Below are positions 13,401-29,600 of a DNA stretch of 64,000 bases, piece by piece. Source of the stretch: the human T2T-CHM13v2.0 reference genome, Homo sapiens. Made by a program: the position numbers and the translations under genes. The notes below the pieces were generated by a model, which made no database searches, had not been told where the DNA came from, and was given only the letters and a program-made list of their open reading frames with translations. The DNA lies in the NCBI RefSeq assembly GCF_009914755.1, contig NC_060940.1. The stretch is one strand, 5' to 3'. Positions within the stretch are counted from its first letter, which is position 1, and each line of letters begins with the position of its first letter.

Positions 13401-16400
13401 CCATACGATGATTCCACTCAATTCCATATGATGATGATTCCATTTGATTCCATTCGGTGATTCCATTCTATTCTATTCAATGGTGATTCCATTCGAGTAC
13501 ATTAGATGATTCCATTCGATTCCATTCAATGATGATTCTATTTGTGTCCCTTAGATGATTCCACATGATTCCATTAGATGATGATACTATTTGAGCCCAT
13601 CCAATGATTCCCTTCGATTCCATTCGATGAGGATTCCATTCGATTCAATTCATTGGTGATTCTATTCAATTCAATTCTTTGATTCCATTCCATTCCATTC
13701 GACAATGATTCCATTCGATTTCTTTCGATGATTCCACTCGATTCCACTTGACATTGATTCCATTCGATTCCATTCAATGATTCCATTTGATTCCAGTGGA
13801 TGATGATTGCCATCGATTCCATTCGATCACTCCATTCTATTCCATTTGATGATGATTACATTCGATTCCATTTGATGATTCCATCTGATTCTATTCGAGG
13901 ATTCCATTTGATTCCATTCGATGATGATTCCATTCGAGTCCACTCGATGATTTCATTCGAGTACATCCAATGATTCCATTCGAGTCCATTAGATGATTCC
14001 ATTTGATTCCATTTGAAAATGATTCTACTAGAGTCCATTCAATGACTCCATTCGAGTCCATTCAACAATTCCATTCGACTCCATTCGATGATTCCATTCG
14101 ATTCCATTTGATGGTTCCATTCGAGTCCATTTAATCATTACAGTCGAGTCCATTTGGTGATTCCACTGGATTTCTTTTGATAATGATACCATTCAATTAC
14201 ATTTGATGATGATCCCATTCAATTTCATTTGATGATGATTCCATTAGAGTCCATTCGATGATTTCATTCGAGTCCCTTCATTGATTCCATCCGATTTCAT
14301 TGGATGATGACTCCATTCGAGTCCATTCGATGATTCCACTCGATTCCATTAGATGACTCCATTGGAGTCCATTTGATTGTTCCATTCGATTCTATTCGAT
14401 TCCTTTCGAAGATTATTCCATTTGAGTCCATTCGATGATGATTCCATTCCATTCCATTCGATGATTCCGTTTGATTCCATTCGATGATTCCCTTCGATTC
14501 CTTTCTTTGATGATTCCATTCCATTCCATTCAATGATTCCATTCGAATCTATTCCATGATGATTCCTTTCGATTCCATTCGCTGATGTTTCCGTTCAATT
14601 CCATTCGATGATGTTTCCATTCGATTCCATTCATTGAGGATTCCATTTGATTCCATTCAATGATGATTCCATTCTATTCCATTCAATGATTGCATTCAAT
14701 TCCATTCAATGATTATCCCATTAGAGTAAACTCAACGATTCCATTCAATACCATTCGATGATGATTCCTTTTGAGTCCATTCAATGATTTCATTCAAGTC
14801 CATTTGATGATTCCTTTCAATTCCATTCTATGATGATTCCATTCGAGTCCATTCGATGATTCCATTCGATTGCATTCGATGATTCCATTATATTCCATTC
14901 AACGGTGATTCCATTCGAGTCCATTCCATGATTCCATTAGAGTACATATAATGATTGCTTTGTTTTCAATTCGAAGATGATTACATTGGATTCCATTCTA
15001 TGATACCATTCGATTCCATTCAATGATGATTCCACTCAAATCCATTGGATGATTCCATTCGTGTCCATTCGGTGATTTCATTAGATTCCATTCGAGGATG
15101 ATTCCATTCGATTCCATTCGATGATTCCATTCAATTCCATTCGATGATGATTCCATTCCAGTCCATATGATCATTCCATTTGATTTCATTCGATGATGAT
15201 TCCACTCGATTCCATTCGATGATTCCATTCTATTCCATTCGATGATGATTCCATTCGAGTCCATTCGATGATTCCATTCGAGTCCATTTAATGATTCCAT
15301 TGGGTTCAATTCAATGATGATTACATTGGATTCCGTTCTATGATTCCATTCAATTCCGTTCATTGACAATTTGATTCCATTCGATGATGATTCCATTTGA
15401 GTTCATTCGATGATTCTATTCGATTCTCTTCGATGGTGATTCAATTCTATTATATTGGATGATTCCATTCGATTCCATTTGATGTTGATTCAATTCGATT
15501 CTATTCGATGATGATTCCATTGGATTTCACTTGATGATTCTATTCGATTCCATTCAATGATGATTCACTTCTCGTCCATTGGATGATTCCATTTCATTCC
15601 ATTCGATGATGATTCCATTGGATTCCATTCGATGATTCCATTTGATTCCATGCGACGGTGAGCAATTCGATTAAATTCCATGATGATTCTATTTGATTCA
15701 ATTAGATGATGTTTCCATTCGAATCCATTCCATGATTATTCCATTGGAATCCATTCGGCGATGATTCCATATGAGTCAATTCAATGATGATTCCATATGG
15801 GTCCGTTCGATGATAATTCCATTTGATTTCATTCGATGCTTCTATTCTATTCCAGTCGATGATGATTCCGTTGGAGTCCATACGATGATTCCATTTGATT
15901 TCATTTGATGATGATTCCATTCGATGATGATTACATTGGATTCCATTCTATGATTCCATTCAATTCCATTCGTTGATGATTCGATTCCATTCAATGATGA
16001 TTCCATTTGAGTTCATTCGATGATTCTATTCGATTCCGTTCGATGATGATTCAATTCTATTATATTGGATGATTCCAGTCGATTCCATTTGATGATTATT
16101 CCATTGGAGTCCACTTAGTGAATCCTTTAGATTCTACTCGACGATGATTCCATTCGAGTCCATTCGATGATACCATTCAATTCCATTCGTTGATGCTTCC
16201 ATTCAAGTGCATTCGATGATATCATTCGATTCCATTTGATGATAATTCCATTTGATTCCATGCGATGATTCTATTCGATTCCATTCAATGATAATTCCAT
16301 TCAATTCAGTGATTCCTCTGGACTCCATTTGATGATGATTCCATTCAATGATTCCATTCGATTCTATTCGAAAATGATTCCATTTGAATCCATTTGATGA

Positions 16401-16524
16401 TGATTCCATTAGATTCCATTTGATGATTCCATTCGATTCCATTCGACGATGATTCCATTCGATTCCGTTTGATGATTCCATTCTATTCTATTCGATGATG
16501 ATTCCATTCGATTCCATTCGATGA
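10413..16524 (+). repeat. Unit U3: full-length, 6112 bp
   Basis: Homologous ORF ends at 10471 and 16583; full set of internal landmarks present. Confidence 0.93.
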
Positions 16525-19500
16525 TGATTGGATTCGATTCCATTTGATGATTTCATTTGATTCCTTTCGTTAATGATTTCGATCAATTCCATTCGATGAT
16601 TCCATTCGATTCCATTCGATAATGATTACATCCGAGTCCATTCGATGATTCCATTTGAGCCTGTTCGATAATTCCATTTGAGTCCAACCAATGATTCCAT
16701 TCATTTCCATTCAATGATTCCATTCGAGTCCATTTGATCATTCCGGTAGGGTCCATTCGATGTTGATTCCATTGGAGTGCATTTGATGATTCCATTCGAG
16801 TCCATTTTAGGATTTGATTCGAGTCCTTTCGATGATTCCATTCGATTCCACTCGATGATGATTTCATTCGAGTCCATTCGACACTTCCAATCGATTCCAT
16901 TTGATGATTCCATTCGAGTCCAATTGATGATTCCATTCAATTCCATTCGATGATGATTCCGTACGATTCCATTCTGTGATGATTCCATGTGATTGCATTC
17001 AATGATGATTCCTTTCGATTGCATTCGATTATGATTCATTTCGTGTTCATTCTATGGTTCCACAGGTTTCCATTCGTGTCCATTCCATTATTACATTCTA
17101 TTCCATTTGATGATGATTCCATTCGATTCCATTCATTGGTGATTCCACTCAATTCCATTCAATGATTCCATTCCATTTCTTTCAACAATGATTCCATTAG
17201 TTTCTAATCGATGATCCACTTGATTCCATTTGACGACGATTCCATTCTTGTCCATTCGATGATTCCATTTGATTCCATATGATGATGATTCCATTCGATT
17301 CCATACCATGATGATTCCATTCGAGTCCATTCAATGGTGATTCCATTCAATTCCATTCGATGATTCCTTTCGATTCCATTCGATGATGATGGCATTCGAT
17401 TCCTTTCAATCATTCCCTTTGATTCCATTCAAAGGTGATTTCATTCAAGTCCATTCGATAATTGCATTCGATTCCATTCTATGATGATTCCATTCGAGTC
17501 CATTTGATGATTCCATTCAATTCAAGTCAATGATGATTCCATTCGATTCCATTCGATGATTCCATTGGATTCCATTCGATGATGATTCCATTCAAATCCA
17601 TTCGATAATTCAATTCAAGTCCATTCGATGATGATTCCAATCGAATCCATTCAAAGATTCCATTCAGTTCCATTCGATGATTCCCTTAGATTCCATTCGA
17701 TGATTCCACTTGATTGCATTTACGATGATTCCATTCGATTCCATGTGATGATTCCATTCAATTCTATTCAATGATGTCTCCATTTGATTCCATTCGACCA
17801 TGATTGCCTTTGATTCCATTCAATGATTCCATTCGGTTCCGTTTGATGATGATTCCGTTCGATTCCATTTGATGATTCCATTTGATTCCATTGGATGAGT
17901 CCATTCGATTACATTCGATGATTATTCCATTCGAGTGCATTAGATGATTCCATTCGAGTCCATTCGATGATTCCATTCGATTCCATTCGATGTTGATTCT
18001 GTTCAAATCCATTCGATGATTCCACTCGATTCCATTCGTTGACTCCATTTGATCCCATTCGATGATTTCCTTTGATTCCCTTTGATGATCATTCCATTTG
18101 ATTCAATTCGGTGATTTCATTTGATTCCATTCAGTGATGTTTCCATTCGACTCCATTCGATGATGATTCCATTCGACTCCATTCGATTATGATTTCATTC
18201 AATTCCATTCGATAATGATTCCCTTCGAGTCCATTCGATGATTCCATTCGATTCCATTCAACGATGATTTGATTCGTGTCCATTCGATGATTCCATTTGA
18301 TTCCACTTGATGATGATTCCATTCGAGCCCATTTGATGATTCCATTCAATTCCATACTCCGATGATTTCTTTTGAGCCCACTCAATGCTTCCACTCGATT
18401 CCATATGATGATGACTCCATTCGATGAAATTCGATGATGATTCCATTCGCTTGCTTTCGATGATTCCACTTGAGTCCGTTAGAAGATTCTATTCAATTAC
18501 ATTCCAGGACGATTCCGTTCGAGTCCATTTGATGATTCCATTAGACTCCATTCGACGATGATTCCATTCGATGTTATTCGATGATTCCATTCGATCTCAT
18601 TCGATGATGATTCCATTCAACTCCATTCGATGTTTCCATTCGAGTTCATTCTATTATTCCATTAGATTCCATTCGATGATGATTCCATTCGATTCCATTT
18701 GATGATTGCATTCTATTTCATTTGATGATGATTCCATTCGAGTCCACTCGATGATTCCATTCGAGTCCATTTAATGAATCCATTGGTTTCAATTCTATGA
18801 TGATTACATTGGATTCCATTCGTTGATGATTTCATTCGGTTCCATTCAATGATGATTCCATTCAATTCCTTTCAATGTTTCCATTCAATTCCATACGATG
18901 ATGATTCCATTTGATTTGATTCGACAGTGAGCCATTCGATTCAATTCCATGATGATTCTATTTGATTCAATTGGTTGACATTTCCATTCGATTCCATTCG
19001 ATGATGATTCCCTTTGATTCCGTTCCAAGATGATTCCATTCTAGCCCATTCAATCATTCCATTCGATTCTATTCAATGATGATTCCATTCATGTCGATTT
19101 GGTGATTCCATTTGACTTCATTTGATGATGATTCCTTTCAAGTTCATTAGATGATTCCATTCGATTCCATTTGATGATGATCCCATTCGAGTCCATTCAG
19201 TGATTCCATTCGTTTCCATTCCATGATGATTCCATTCCTTTCCATTCAATGATTCCATTCGATTCCGTTTGATGATGATTTCATTCGAGTCCATTTGATG
19301 ATTCCATTTGATTCCATTCGATAATGATTCCATTCGAGTCCATTCGATGATTCTATTCGAATCCATTTGATGATTTCTTTTGATTATATTTGGTGATGAT
19401 TCCATTGGAGTCCATTCAATGATTCCATTCTATTCCAATCGATGATGATTCCATTAGAGTCCATTTAATGATTCCATTTGATTCCAGTCTCTGATGATTA

Positions 19501-20108
19501 CATTCGAGTCCATACGATGATTCCACTCAATTCCATATGATGATGATTCCATTTGATTCCATTCGGTGATTCCATTCTATTCTATTCAATGGTGATTCCA
19601 TTCGAGTACATTAGATGATTCCATTCGATTCCATTCAATGATGATTCTATTTGTGTCCCTTAGATGATTCCACATGATTCCATTAGATGATGATACTATT
19701 TGAGCCCATCCAATGATTCCCTTCGATTCCATTCGATGAGTATTCCATTCGATTCAATTCATTGGTGATTCTATTCAATTCAATTCTTTGATTCCATTCC
19801 ATTCCATTCGACAATGATTCCATTCGATTTCTTTCGATGATTCCACTCGATTCCACTTGACATTGATTCCATTCGATTCCATTCAATGATTCCATTTGAT
19901 TCCAGTGGATGATGATTGCCATCGATTCCATTCGATCACTCCATTCTATTCCATTTGATGATGATTACATTCGATTCCATTTGATGATTCCATCTGATTC
20001 TATTCGAGGATTCCATTTGATTCCATTCGATGATGATTCCATTCGAATCCGTTTGATGATTCCATTCTATTCTATTCGATGATGATTCCATTCGATTCCA
20101 TTCGATGA
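16525..20108 (+). repeat. Unit U4: short, 3584 bp (2525-bp deletion plus a 3-bp deletion)
   Basis: ORF ends at 16583 and 20167; junction ATTCGAATCC|GTTTGATG at ~20050. Confidence 0.93.
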
Positions 20109-23100
20109 TGATTGGATTCGATTCCATTTGATGATTTCATTTGATTCCATTCGTTAATGATTTCGATCAATTCCATTCGATGATTCCATTCGATTCCATT
20201 CGATAATGATTACATCCGAGTCCATTCGATGATTCCCTTTGAGCCTGTTCGATAATTCCATTTGAGTCCAACCAATGATTCCATTCATTTCCATTCAATG
20301 ATTCCATTCGAGTCCATTTGATCATTCCGGTAGGGTCCATTCGATGTTGATTCCATTGGAGTGCATTCGATGATTCCATTCGAGTCCATTTTAGGATTTG
20401 ATTCGAGTCCTTTCGATGATTCCATTCGATTCCACTCGATGATGATTTCATTCGAGTCCATTCGACACTTCCAATCGATTCCATTTGATGATTCCATTCG
20501 AGTCCAATTGATGATTCCATTCAATTCCATTCGATGATGATTCCGTACGATTCCATTCTGTGATGATTCCATGTGATTGCATTCAATGATGATTCCTTTC
20601 TATTGCATTCGATTGTGATTCATTTCGTGTTCATTCTATGGTTCCACAGGTTTCCATTCGTGTCCATTCCATTATTCCATTCTATTCCATTTGATGATGA
20701 TTCCATTCGATTCCATTCATTGGTGATTCCACTCAATTCCATTCAATGATTCCATTCCATTTCTTTCAACAATGATTCCATTAGTTTCTAATCGATGATC
20801 CACTTGATTCCATTTGACGACGATTCCATTCTTGTCCATTCGATGATTCCATTTGATTCCATATGATGATGATTCCATTCGATTCCATACCATGATGATT
20901 CCATTCGAGTCCATTCAATGGTGATTCCATTCAATTCCATTCGATGATTCCTTTCGATTCCATTCGATGATGATGGCATTCGATTCCTTTCAATCATTCC
21001 CTTTGATTCCATTCAAAGGTGATTTCATTCAAGTCCATTCGATAATTGCATTCGATTCCATTCTATGATGATTCCATTCGAGTCCATTTGATGATTCCAT
21101 TCAATTCAAGTCAATGATGATTCCATTCGATTCCATTCGATGATTCCATTGGATTCCATTCGATGATGATTCCATTCAAATCCATTCGATAATTCAATTC
21201 AAGTCCATTCGATGATGATTCCAATCGAATCCATTCAAAGATTCCATTCAGTTCCATTCGATGATTCCCTTAGATTCCATTCGATGATTCCACTTGATTG
21301 CATTTACGATGATTCCATTCGATTCCATGTGATGATTCCATTCAATTCTATTCAATGATGTCTCCATTTGATTCCATTCGACCATGATTGCCTTTGATTC
21401 CATTCAATGATTCCATTCGGTTCCGTTTGATGATGATTCCGTTCGATTCCATTTGATGATTCCATTTGATTCCATTGGATGAGTCCATTCGATTACATTC
21501 GATGATTATTCCATTCGAGTGCATTAGATGATTCCATTCGAGTCCATTCGATGATTCCATTCGATTCCATTCGATGTTGATTCTGTTCAAATCCATTCGA
21601 TGATTCCACTCGATTCCATTCGTTGACTCCATTTGATCCCATTCGATGATTTCCTTTGATTCCCTTTGATGATCATTCCATTTGATTCAATTCGGTGATT
21701 TCATTTGATTCCATTCAGTGATGTTTCCATTCGACTCCATTCGATGATGATTCCATTCGACTCCATTCGATTATGATTTCATTCAATTCCATTCGATAAT
21801 GATTCCCTTCGAGTCCATTCGATGATTCCATTCGATTCCATTCAACGATGATTTGATTCGTGTCCATTCGATGATTCCATTTGATTCCACTTGATGATGA
21901 TTCCATTCGAGTCCATTTGATGATTCCATTCAATTCCATACTCCGATGATTTCTTTTGAGCCCACTCAATGCTTCCACTCGATTCCATATGATGATGACT
22001 CCATTCGATGAAATTCGATGATGATTCCATTCGCTTGCTTTCGATGATGATTCCACTTGAGTCCGTTAGAAGATTCTATTCAATTACATTCCATGACGAT
22101 TCCGTTCGAGTCCATTTGATGATTCCATTAGACTCCATTCGACGATGATTCCATTCGATGTTATTCGATGATTCCATTCGATCTCATTCGATGATGATTC
22201 CATTCAACTCCATTCGATGTTTCCATTCGAGTTCATTCTATTATTCCATTAGATTCCATTCGATGATGATTCCATTCGATTCCATTTGATGATTGCATTC
22301 TATTTCATTTGATGATGATTCCATTCGAGTCCACTCGATGATTCCATTCGAGTCCATTTAATGAATCCATTGGTTTCAATTCTATGATGATTACATTGGA
22401 TTCCATTCGTTGATGATTTCATTCGGTTCCATTCAATGATGATTCCATTCAATTCCTTTCAATGTTTCCATTCAATTACATACGATGATGATTCCATTTG
22501 ATTTGATTCGACAGTGAGCCATTCGATTCAATTCCATGATGATTCTATTTGATTCAATTGGTTGACATTTCCATTCGATTCCATTCGATGATGATTCCCT
22601 TTGATTCCGTTCCAAGATGATTCCATTCTAGCCCATTCAATCATTCCATTCGATTCTATTCAATGATGATTCCATTCATGTCGATTTGGTGATTCCATTT
22701 GACTTCATTTGATGATGATTCCTTTCAAGTTCATTAGATGATTCCATTCGATTCCATTTGATGATGATCCCATTCGAGTCCATTCAGTGATTCCATTCGT
22801 TTCCATTCCATGATGATTCCATTCCTTTCCATTCAATGATTCCATTCGATTCCGTTTGATGATGATTTCATTCGAGTCCATTTGATGATTCCATTTGATT
22901 CCATTCGATAATGATTCCATTCGAGTCCATTCGATGATTCTATTCGAATCCATTTGATGATTTCTTTTGATTATATTTGGTGATGATTCCATTGGAGTCC
23001 ATTCAATGATTCCATTCTATTCCAATCGATGATGATTCCATTAGAGTCCATTTAATGATTCCATTTGATTCCAGTCTCTGATGATTACATTCGAGTCCAT

Positions 23101-23695
23101 ACGATGATTCCACTCAATTCCATATGATGATGATTCCATTTGATTCCATTCGGTGATTCCATTCTATTCTATTCAATGGTGATTCCATTCGAGTACATTA
23201 GATGATTCCATTCGATTCCATTCAATGATGATTCTATTTGTGTCCCTTAGATGATTCCACATGATTCCATTAGATGATGATACTATTTGAGCCCATCCAA
23301 TGATTCCCTTCGATTCCATTCGATGAGTATTCCATTCGATTCAATTCATTGGTGATTCTATTCAATTCAATTCTTTGATTCCATTCCATTCCATTCGACA
23401 ATGATTCCATTCGATTTCTTTCGATGATTCCACTCGATTCCACTTGACATTGATTCCATTCGATTCCATTCAATGATTCCATTTGATTCCAGTGGATGAT
23501 GATTGCCATCGATTCCATTCGATCACTCCATTCTATTCCATTTGATGATGATTACATTCGATTCCATTTGATGATTCCATCTGATTCTATTCGAGGATTC
23601 CATTTGATTCCATTCGATGATGATTCCATTCGAATCCGTTTGATGATTCCATTCTATTCTATTCGATGATGATTCCATTCGATTCCATTCGATGA
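20109..23695 (+). repeat. Unit U5: short, 3587 bp (same 2525-bp deletion)
   Basis: ORF ends at 20167 and 23754; same junction at ~23637. Confidence 0.93.
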
Positions 23696-26600
23696 TGATT
23701 GGATTCGATTCCATTTGATGATTTCATTTGATTCCATTCGTTAATGATTTCGATCAATTCCATTCGATGATTCCATTCGATTCCATTCGATAATGATTAC
23801 ATCCGAGTCCATTCGATGATTCCCTTTGAGCCTGTTCGATAATTCCATTTGAGTCCAACCAATGATTCCATTCATTTCCATTCAATGATTCCATTCGAGT
23901 CCATTTGATCATTCCGGTAGGGTCCATTCGATGTTGATTCCATTGGAGTGCATTCGATGATTCCATTCGAGTCCATTTTAGGATTTGATTCGAGTCCTTT
24001 CGATGATTCCATTCGATTCCACTCGATGATGATTTCATTCGAGTCCATTCGACACTTCCAATCGATTCCATTTGATGATTCCATTCGAGTCCAATTGATG
24101 ATTCCATTCAATTCCATTCGATGATGATTCCGTACGATTCCATTCTGTGATGATTCCATGTGATTGCATTCAATGATGATTCCTTTCTATTGCATTCGAT
24201 TGTGATTCATTTCGTGTTCATTCTATGGTTCCACAGGTTTCCATTCGTGTCCATTCCATTATTCCATTCTATTCCATTTGATGATGATTCCATTCGATTC
24301 CATTCATTGGTGATTCCACTCAATTCCATTCAATGATTCCATTCCATTTCTTTCAACAATGATTCCATTACTTTCTAATCGATGATCCACTTGATTCCAT
24401 TTGACGACGATTCCATTCTTGTCCATTCTATGATTCCATTTGATTCCATATGATGATGATTCCATTCGATTCCATACCATGATGATTCCATTCGAGTCCA
24501 TTCAATGGTGATTCCATTCAATTCCATTCGATGATTCCTTTCGATTCCATTCGATGATGATGGCATTCGATTCCTTTCAATCATTCCCTTTGATTCCATT
24601 CAAAGGTGATTTCATTCAAGTCCATTCGATAATTGCATTCGATTCCATTCTATGATGATTCCATTCGAGTCCATTTGATGATTCCATTCAATTCAAGTCA
24701 ATGATGATTCCATTCGATTCCATTCGATGATTCCATTGGATTCCATTCGATGATGATTCCATTCAAATCCATTCGATAATTCAATTCAAGTCCATTCGAT
24801 GATGATTCCAATCGAATCCATTCAAAGATTCCATTCAGTTCCATTCGATGATTCCCTTAGATTCCATTCGATGATTCCACTTGATTGCATTTACGATGAT
24901 TCCATTCGATTCCATGTGATGATTCCATTCAATTCTATTCAATGATGTCTCCATTTGATTCCATTCGACCATGATTGCCTTTGATTCCATTCAATGATTC
25001 CATTCGGTTCCGTTTGATGATGATTCCGTTCGATTCCATTTGATGATTCCATTTGATTCCATTGGATGAGTCCATTCGATTACATTCGATGATTATTCCA
25101 TTCGAGTGCATTAGATGATTCCATTCGAGTCCATTCGATGATTCCATTCGATTCCATTCGATGTTGATTCTGTTCAAATCCATTCGATGATTCCACTCGA
25201 TTCCATTCGTTGACTCCATTTGATCCCATTCGATGATTTCCTTTGATTCCCTTTGATGATCATTCCATTTGATTCAATTCGGTGATTTCATTTGATTCCA
25301 TTCAGTGATGTTTCCATTCGACTCCATTCGATGATGATTCCATTCGACTCCATTCGATTATGATTTCATTCAATTCCATTCGATAATGATTCCCTTCGAG
25401 TCCATTCGATGATTCCATTCGATTCCATTCAACGATGATTTGATTCGTGTCCATTCGATGATTCCATTTGATTCCACTTGATGATGATTCCATTCGAGTC
25501 CATTTGATGATTCCATTCAATTCCATACTCCGATGATTTCTTTTGAGCCCACTCAATGCTTCCACTCGATTCCATATGATGATGACTCCATTCGATGAAA
25601 TTCGATGATGATTCCATTCGCTTGCTTTCGATGATGATTCCACTTGAGTCCGTTAGAAGATTCTATTCAATTACATTCCATGACGATTCCGTTCGAGTCC
25701 ATTTGATGATTCCATTAGACTCCATTCGACGATGATTCCATTCGATGTTATTCGATGATTCCATTCGATCTCATTCGATGATGATTCCATTCAACTCCAT
25801 TCGATGTTTCCATTCGAGTTCATTCTATTATTCCATTAGATTCCATTCGATGATGATTCCATTCGATTCCATTTGATGATTGCATTCTATTTCATTTGAT
25901 GATGATTCCATTCGAGTCCACTCGATGATTCCATTCGAGTCCATTTAATGAATCCATTGGTTTCAATTCTATGATGATTACATTGGATTCCATTCGTTGA
26001 TGATTTCATTCGGTTCCATTCAATGATGATTCCATTCAATTCCTTTCAATGTTTCCATTCAATTACATACGATGATGATTCCATTTGATTTGATTCGACA
26101 GTGAGCCATTCGATTCAATTCCATGATGATTCTATTTGATTCAATTGGTTGACATTTCCATTCGATTCCATTCGATGATGATTCCCTTTGATTCCGTTCC
26201 AAGATGATTCCATTCTAGCCCATTCAATCATTCCATTCGATTCTATTCAATGATGATTCCATTCATGTCGATTTGGTGATTCCATTTGACTTCATTTGAT
26301 GATGATTCCTTTCAAGTTCATTAGATGATTCCATTCGATTCCATTTGATGATGATCCCATTCGAGTCCATTCAGTGATTCCATTCGTTTCCATTCCATGA
26401 TGATTCCATTCCTTTCCATTCAATGATTCCATTCGATTCCGTTTGATGATGATTTCATTCGAGTCCATTTGATGATTCCATTTGATTCCATTCGATAATG
26501 ATTCCATTCGAGTCCATTCGATGATTCTATTCGAATCCATTTGATGATTTCTTTTGATTATATTTGGTGATGATTCCATTGGAGTCCATTCAATGATTCC

Positions 26601-29600
26601 ATTCTATTCCAATCGATGATGATTCCATTAGAGTCCATTTAATGATTCCATTTGATTCCAGTCTCTGATGATTACATTCGAGTCCATACGATGATTCCAC
26701 TCAATTCCATATGATGATGATTCCATTTGATTCCATTCGGTGATTCCATTCTATTCTATTCAATGGTGATTCCATTCGAGTACATTAGATGATTCCATTC
26801 GATTCCATTCAATGATGATTCTATTTGTGTCCCTTAGATGATTCCACATGATTCCATTAGATGATGATACTATTTGAGCCCATCCAATGATTCCCTTCGA
26901 TTCCATTCGATGAGGATTCCATTCGATTCAATTCATTGGTGATTCTATTCAATTCAATTCTTTGATTCCATTCCATTCCATTCGACAATGATTCCATTCG
27001 ATTTCTTTCGATGATTCCACTCGATTCCACTTGACATTGATTCCATTCGATTCCATTCAATGATTCCATTTGATTCCAGTGGATGATGATTGCCATCGAT
27101 TCCATTCGATCACTCCATTCTATTCCATTTGATGATGATTACATTCGATTCCATTTGATGATTCCATCTGATTCTATTCGAGGATTCCATTTGATTCCAT
27201 TCGATGATGATTCCATTCGAGTCCACTCGATGATTTCATTCGAGTACATCCAATGATTCCATTCGAGTCCATTAGATGATTCCATTTGATTCCATTTGAA
27301 AATGATTCTACTAGAGTCCATTCAATGACTCCATTCGAGTCCATTCAACAATTCCATTCGACTCCATTCGATGATTCCATTCGATTCCATTTGATGGTTC
27401 CATTCGAGTCCATTTAATCATTACAGTCGAGTCCATTTGGTGATTCCACTGGATTTCTTTTGATAATGATACCATTCAATTACATTTGATGATGATCCCA
27501 TTCAATTTCATTTGATGATGATTCCATTAGAGTCCATTCGATGATTTCATTCGAGTCCCTTCATTGATTCCATCCGATTTCATTGGATGATGACTCCATT
27601 CGAGTCCATTCGATGATTCCACTCGATTCCATTAGATGACTCCATTGGAGTCCATTTGATTGTTCCATTCGATTCTATTCGATTCCTTTCGAAGATTATT
27701 CCATTTGAGTCCATTCGATGATGATTCCATTCCATTCCATTCGATGATTCCGTTTGATTCCATTCGATGATTCCCTTCGATTCCTTTCTTTGATGATTCC
27801 ATTCCATTCCATTCAATGATTCCATTCGAATCTATTCCATGATGATTCCTTTCGATTCCATTCGCTGATGTTTCCGTTCAATTCCATTCGATGATGTTTC
27901 CATTCGATTCCATTCATTGAGGATTCCATTTGATTCCATTCAATGATGATTCCATTCTATTCCATTCAATGATTGCATTCAATTCCATTCAATGATTATC
28001 CCATTAGAGTAAACTCAACGATTCCATTCAATACCATTCGATGATGATTCCTTTTGAGTCCATTCAATGATTTCATTCAAGTCCATTTGATGATTCCTTT
28101 CAATTCCATTCTATGATGATTCCATTCGAGTCCATTCGATGATTCCATTCGATTGCATTCGATGATTCCATTATATTCCATTCAACGGTGATTCCATTCG
28201 AGTCCATTCCATGATTCCATTAGAGTACATTTAATGATTGCTTTGTTTTCAATTCGAAGATGATTACATTGGATTCCATTCTATGATACCATTCGATTCC
28301 ATTCAATGATGATTCCACTCAAATCCATTGGATGATTCCATTCGTGTCCATTCGGTGATTTCATTAGATTCCATTCGAGGATGATTCCATTCGATTCCAT
28401 TCGACGATTCCATTCAATTCCATTCGATGATGATTCCATTCCAGTCCATATGATCATTCCATTTGATTTCATTCGATGATGATTCCACTCGATTCCATTC
28501 GATGATTCCATTCTATTCCATTCGATGATGATTCCATTCGAGTCCATTCGATGATTCCATTCGAGTCCATTTAATGATTCCATTGGGTTCAATTCAATGA
28601 TGATTACATTGGATTCTGTTCTATGATTCCATTCAATTCCGTTCATTGACAATTTGATTCCATTCGATGATGATTCCATTTGAGTTCATTCGATGATTCT
28701 ATTCGATTCTCTTCGATGGTGATTCAATTCTATTATATTGGATGATTCCATTCGATTCCATTTGATGTTGATTCAATTCGATTCTATTCGATGATGATTC
28801 CATTGGATTTCACTTGATGATTCTATTCGATTCCATTCAATGATGATTCACTTCTCGTCCATTGGATGATTCCATTTCATTCCATTCGATGATGATTCCA
28901 TTGGATTCCATTCGATGATTCCATTTGATTCCATGCGACGGTGAGCAATTCGATTAAATTCCATGATGATTCTATTTGATTCAATTAGATGATGTTTCCA
29001 TTCGAATCCATTCCATGATTATTCCATTGGAATCCATTCGGCGATGATTCCATATGAGTCAATTCAATGATGATTCCATATGGGTCCGTTCGATGATAAT
29101 TCCATTTGATTTCATTCGATGCTTCTATTCTATTCCAGTCGATGATGATTCCGTTGGAGTCCATACGATGATTCCATTTGATTTCATTTGATGATGATTC
29201 CATTCGATGATGATTACATTGGATTCCATTCTATGATTCCATTCAATTCCATTCGTTGATGATTCGATTCCATTCAATGATGATTCCATTTGAGTTCATT
29301 CGATGATTCTATTCGATTCCGTTCGATGATGATTCAATTCTATTATATTGGATGATTCCAGTCGATTCCATTTGATGATTATTCCATTGGAGTCCACTTA
29401 GTGAATCCTTTAGATTCTACTCGACGATGATTCCATTCGAGTCCATTCGATGATACCATTCAATTCCATTCGTTGATGCTTCCATTCAAGTGCATTCGAT
29501 GATATCATTCGATTCCATTTGATGATAATTCCATTTGATTCCATGCGATGATTCTATTCGATTCCATTCAATGATAATTCCATTCAATTCAGTGATTCCT

